Source: Lama glama
Taxonomy: Eukaryota
Assembly (NCBI GenBank): GCA_028534125.1
Contig: CM052816.1
Location: forward strand, 52,516,001 to 52,580,000
Length of the DNA stretch: 64,000 nucleotides
Direction: 5' to 3'
Shown here: positions 63,982-64,000 of the stretch, in pieces
How positions within the stretch are numbered: position 1 is the stretch's first letter
Layout of the letters: the number at the start of each line of letters is the position of its first letter
Position numbers and translations under genes: made by a program
The notes under the pieces: model-generated
What the model was told of the DNA's origin: nothing
Database searches by the model: none
Seen by the model: only the letters and a program-made list of their open reading frames with translations

Positions 63982-64000
63982 CTGCTGTCTCAGAAGATCC
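63982..64000 (-). CDS. THBS4: THBS4 exon ~5, 3' end only (DLLRQQ, coiled coil)
   Basis: Minus strand reads G GAT CTT CTG AGA CAG CAG|gtaaca; phase 0 into VKET. Confidence 0.85.

Larger units (their letters stand above)
42344..64000 (-). other. THBS4: THBS4 gene span (partial; 5' exons lie beyond the window): end of coiled coil, 4 EGF-like repeats, Ca-binding type 3 repeats, C-terminal L-lectin domain
   Basis: 18 exons total 2173 coding nt and splice in one frame (723 aa plus stop), from [24 protein letters not shown] to DTIPEDFQEFQTQNFDRLDS*. The tail-to-tail arrangement with SERINC5 matches known mammalian synteny. Confidence 0.98.

Overview
Mammalian genomic DNA, most likely a camelid, judged from four copies of a tRNA-Ala-derived vic-1-type SINE. 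The window holds two convergent (tail-to-tail) genes. On the + strand is the 3' end of SERINC5: three coding exons (194-233, 902-1046, 3117-3264) and a 3'UTR of about 4.35 kb ending near AATAAA at 7609. On the - strand is the 3' three-quarters of THBS4 (thrombospondin-4): 18 coding exons from 64000 down to the stop at 42344, with AATAAA at 42204-42209. They splice through GT-AG introns into one open frame of 723 codons plus stop. The ~34 kb between the genes is dense in nested LTR, LINE, SINE and DNA-transposon remnants. I found no credible new protein-coding gene, RNA gene or multi-gene system. The best leads are cis-elements: an 8x invariant TGACAGT array beside a GC-rich CTCF-like segment; an unclassified 162-bp insertion with a target-site duplication (TSD) and a 26-bp palindrome; an orphan poly(A) retrocopy; several splice-site oddities in both genes; and substitutions in the Nef-targeted loop of SERINC5. 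Repeat family names, exon numbers and human residue numbers are from recall and need RepeatMasker/Dfam and alignment confirmation.
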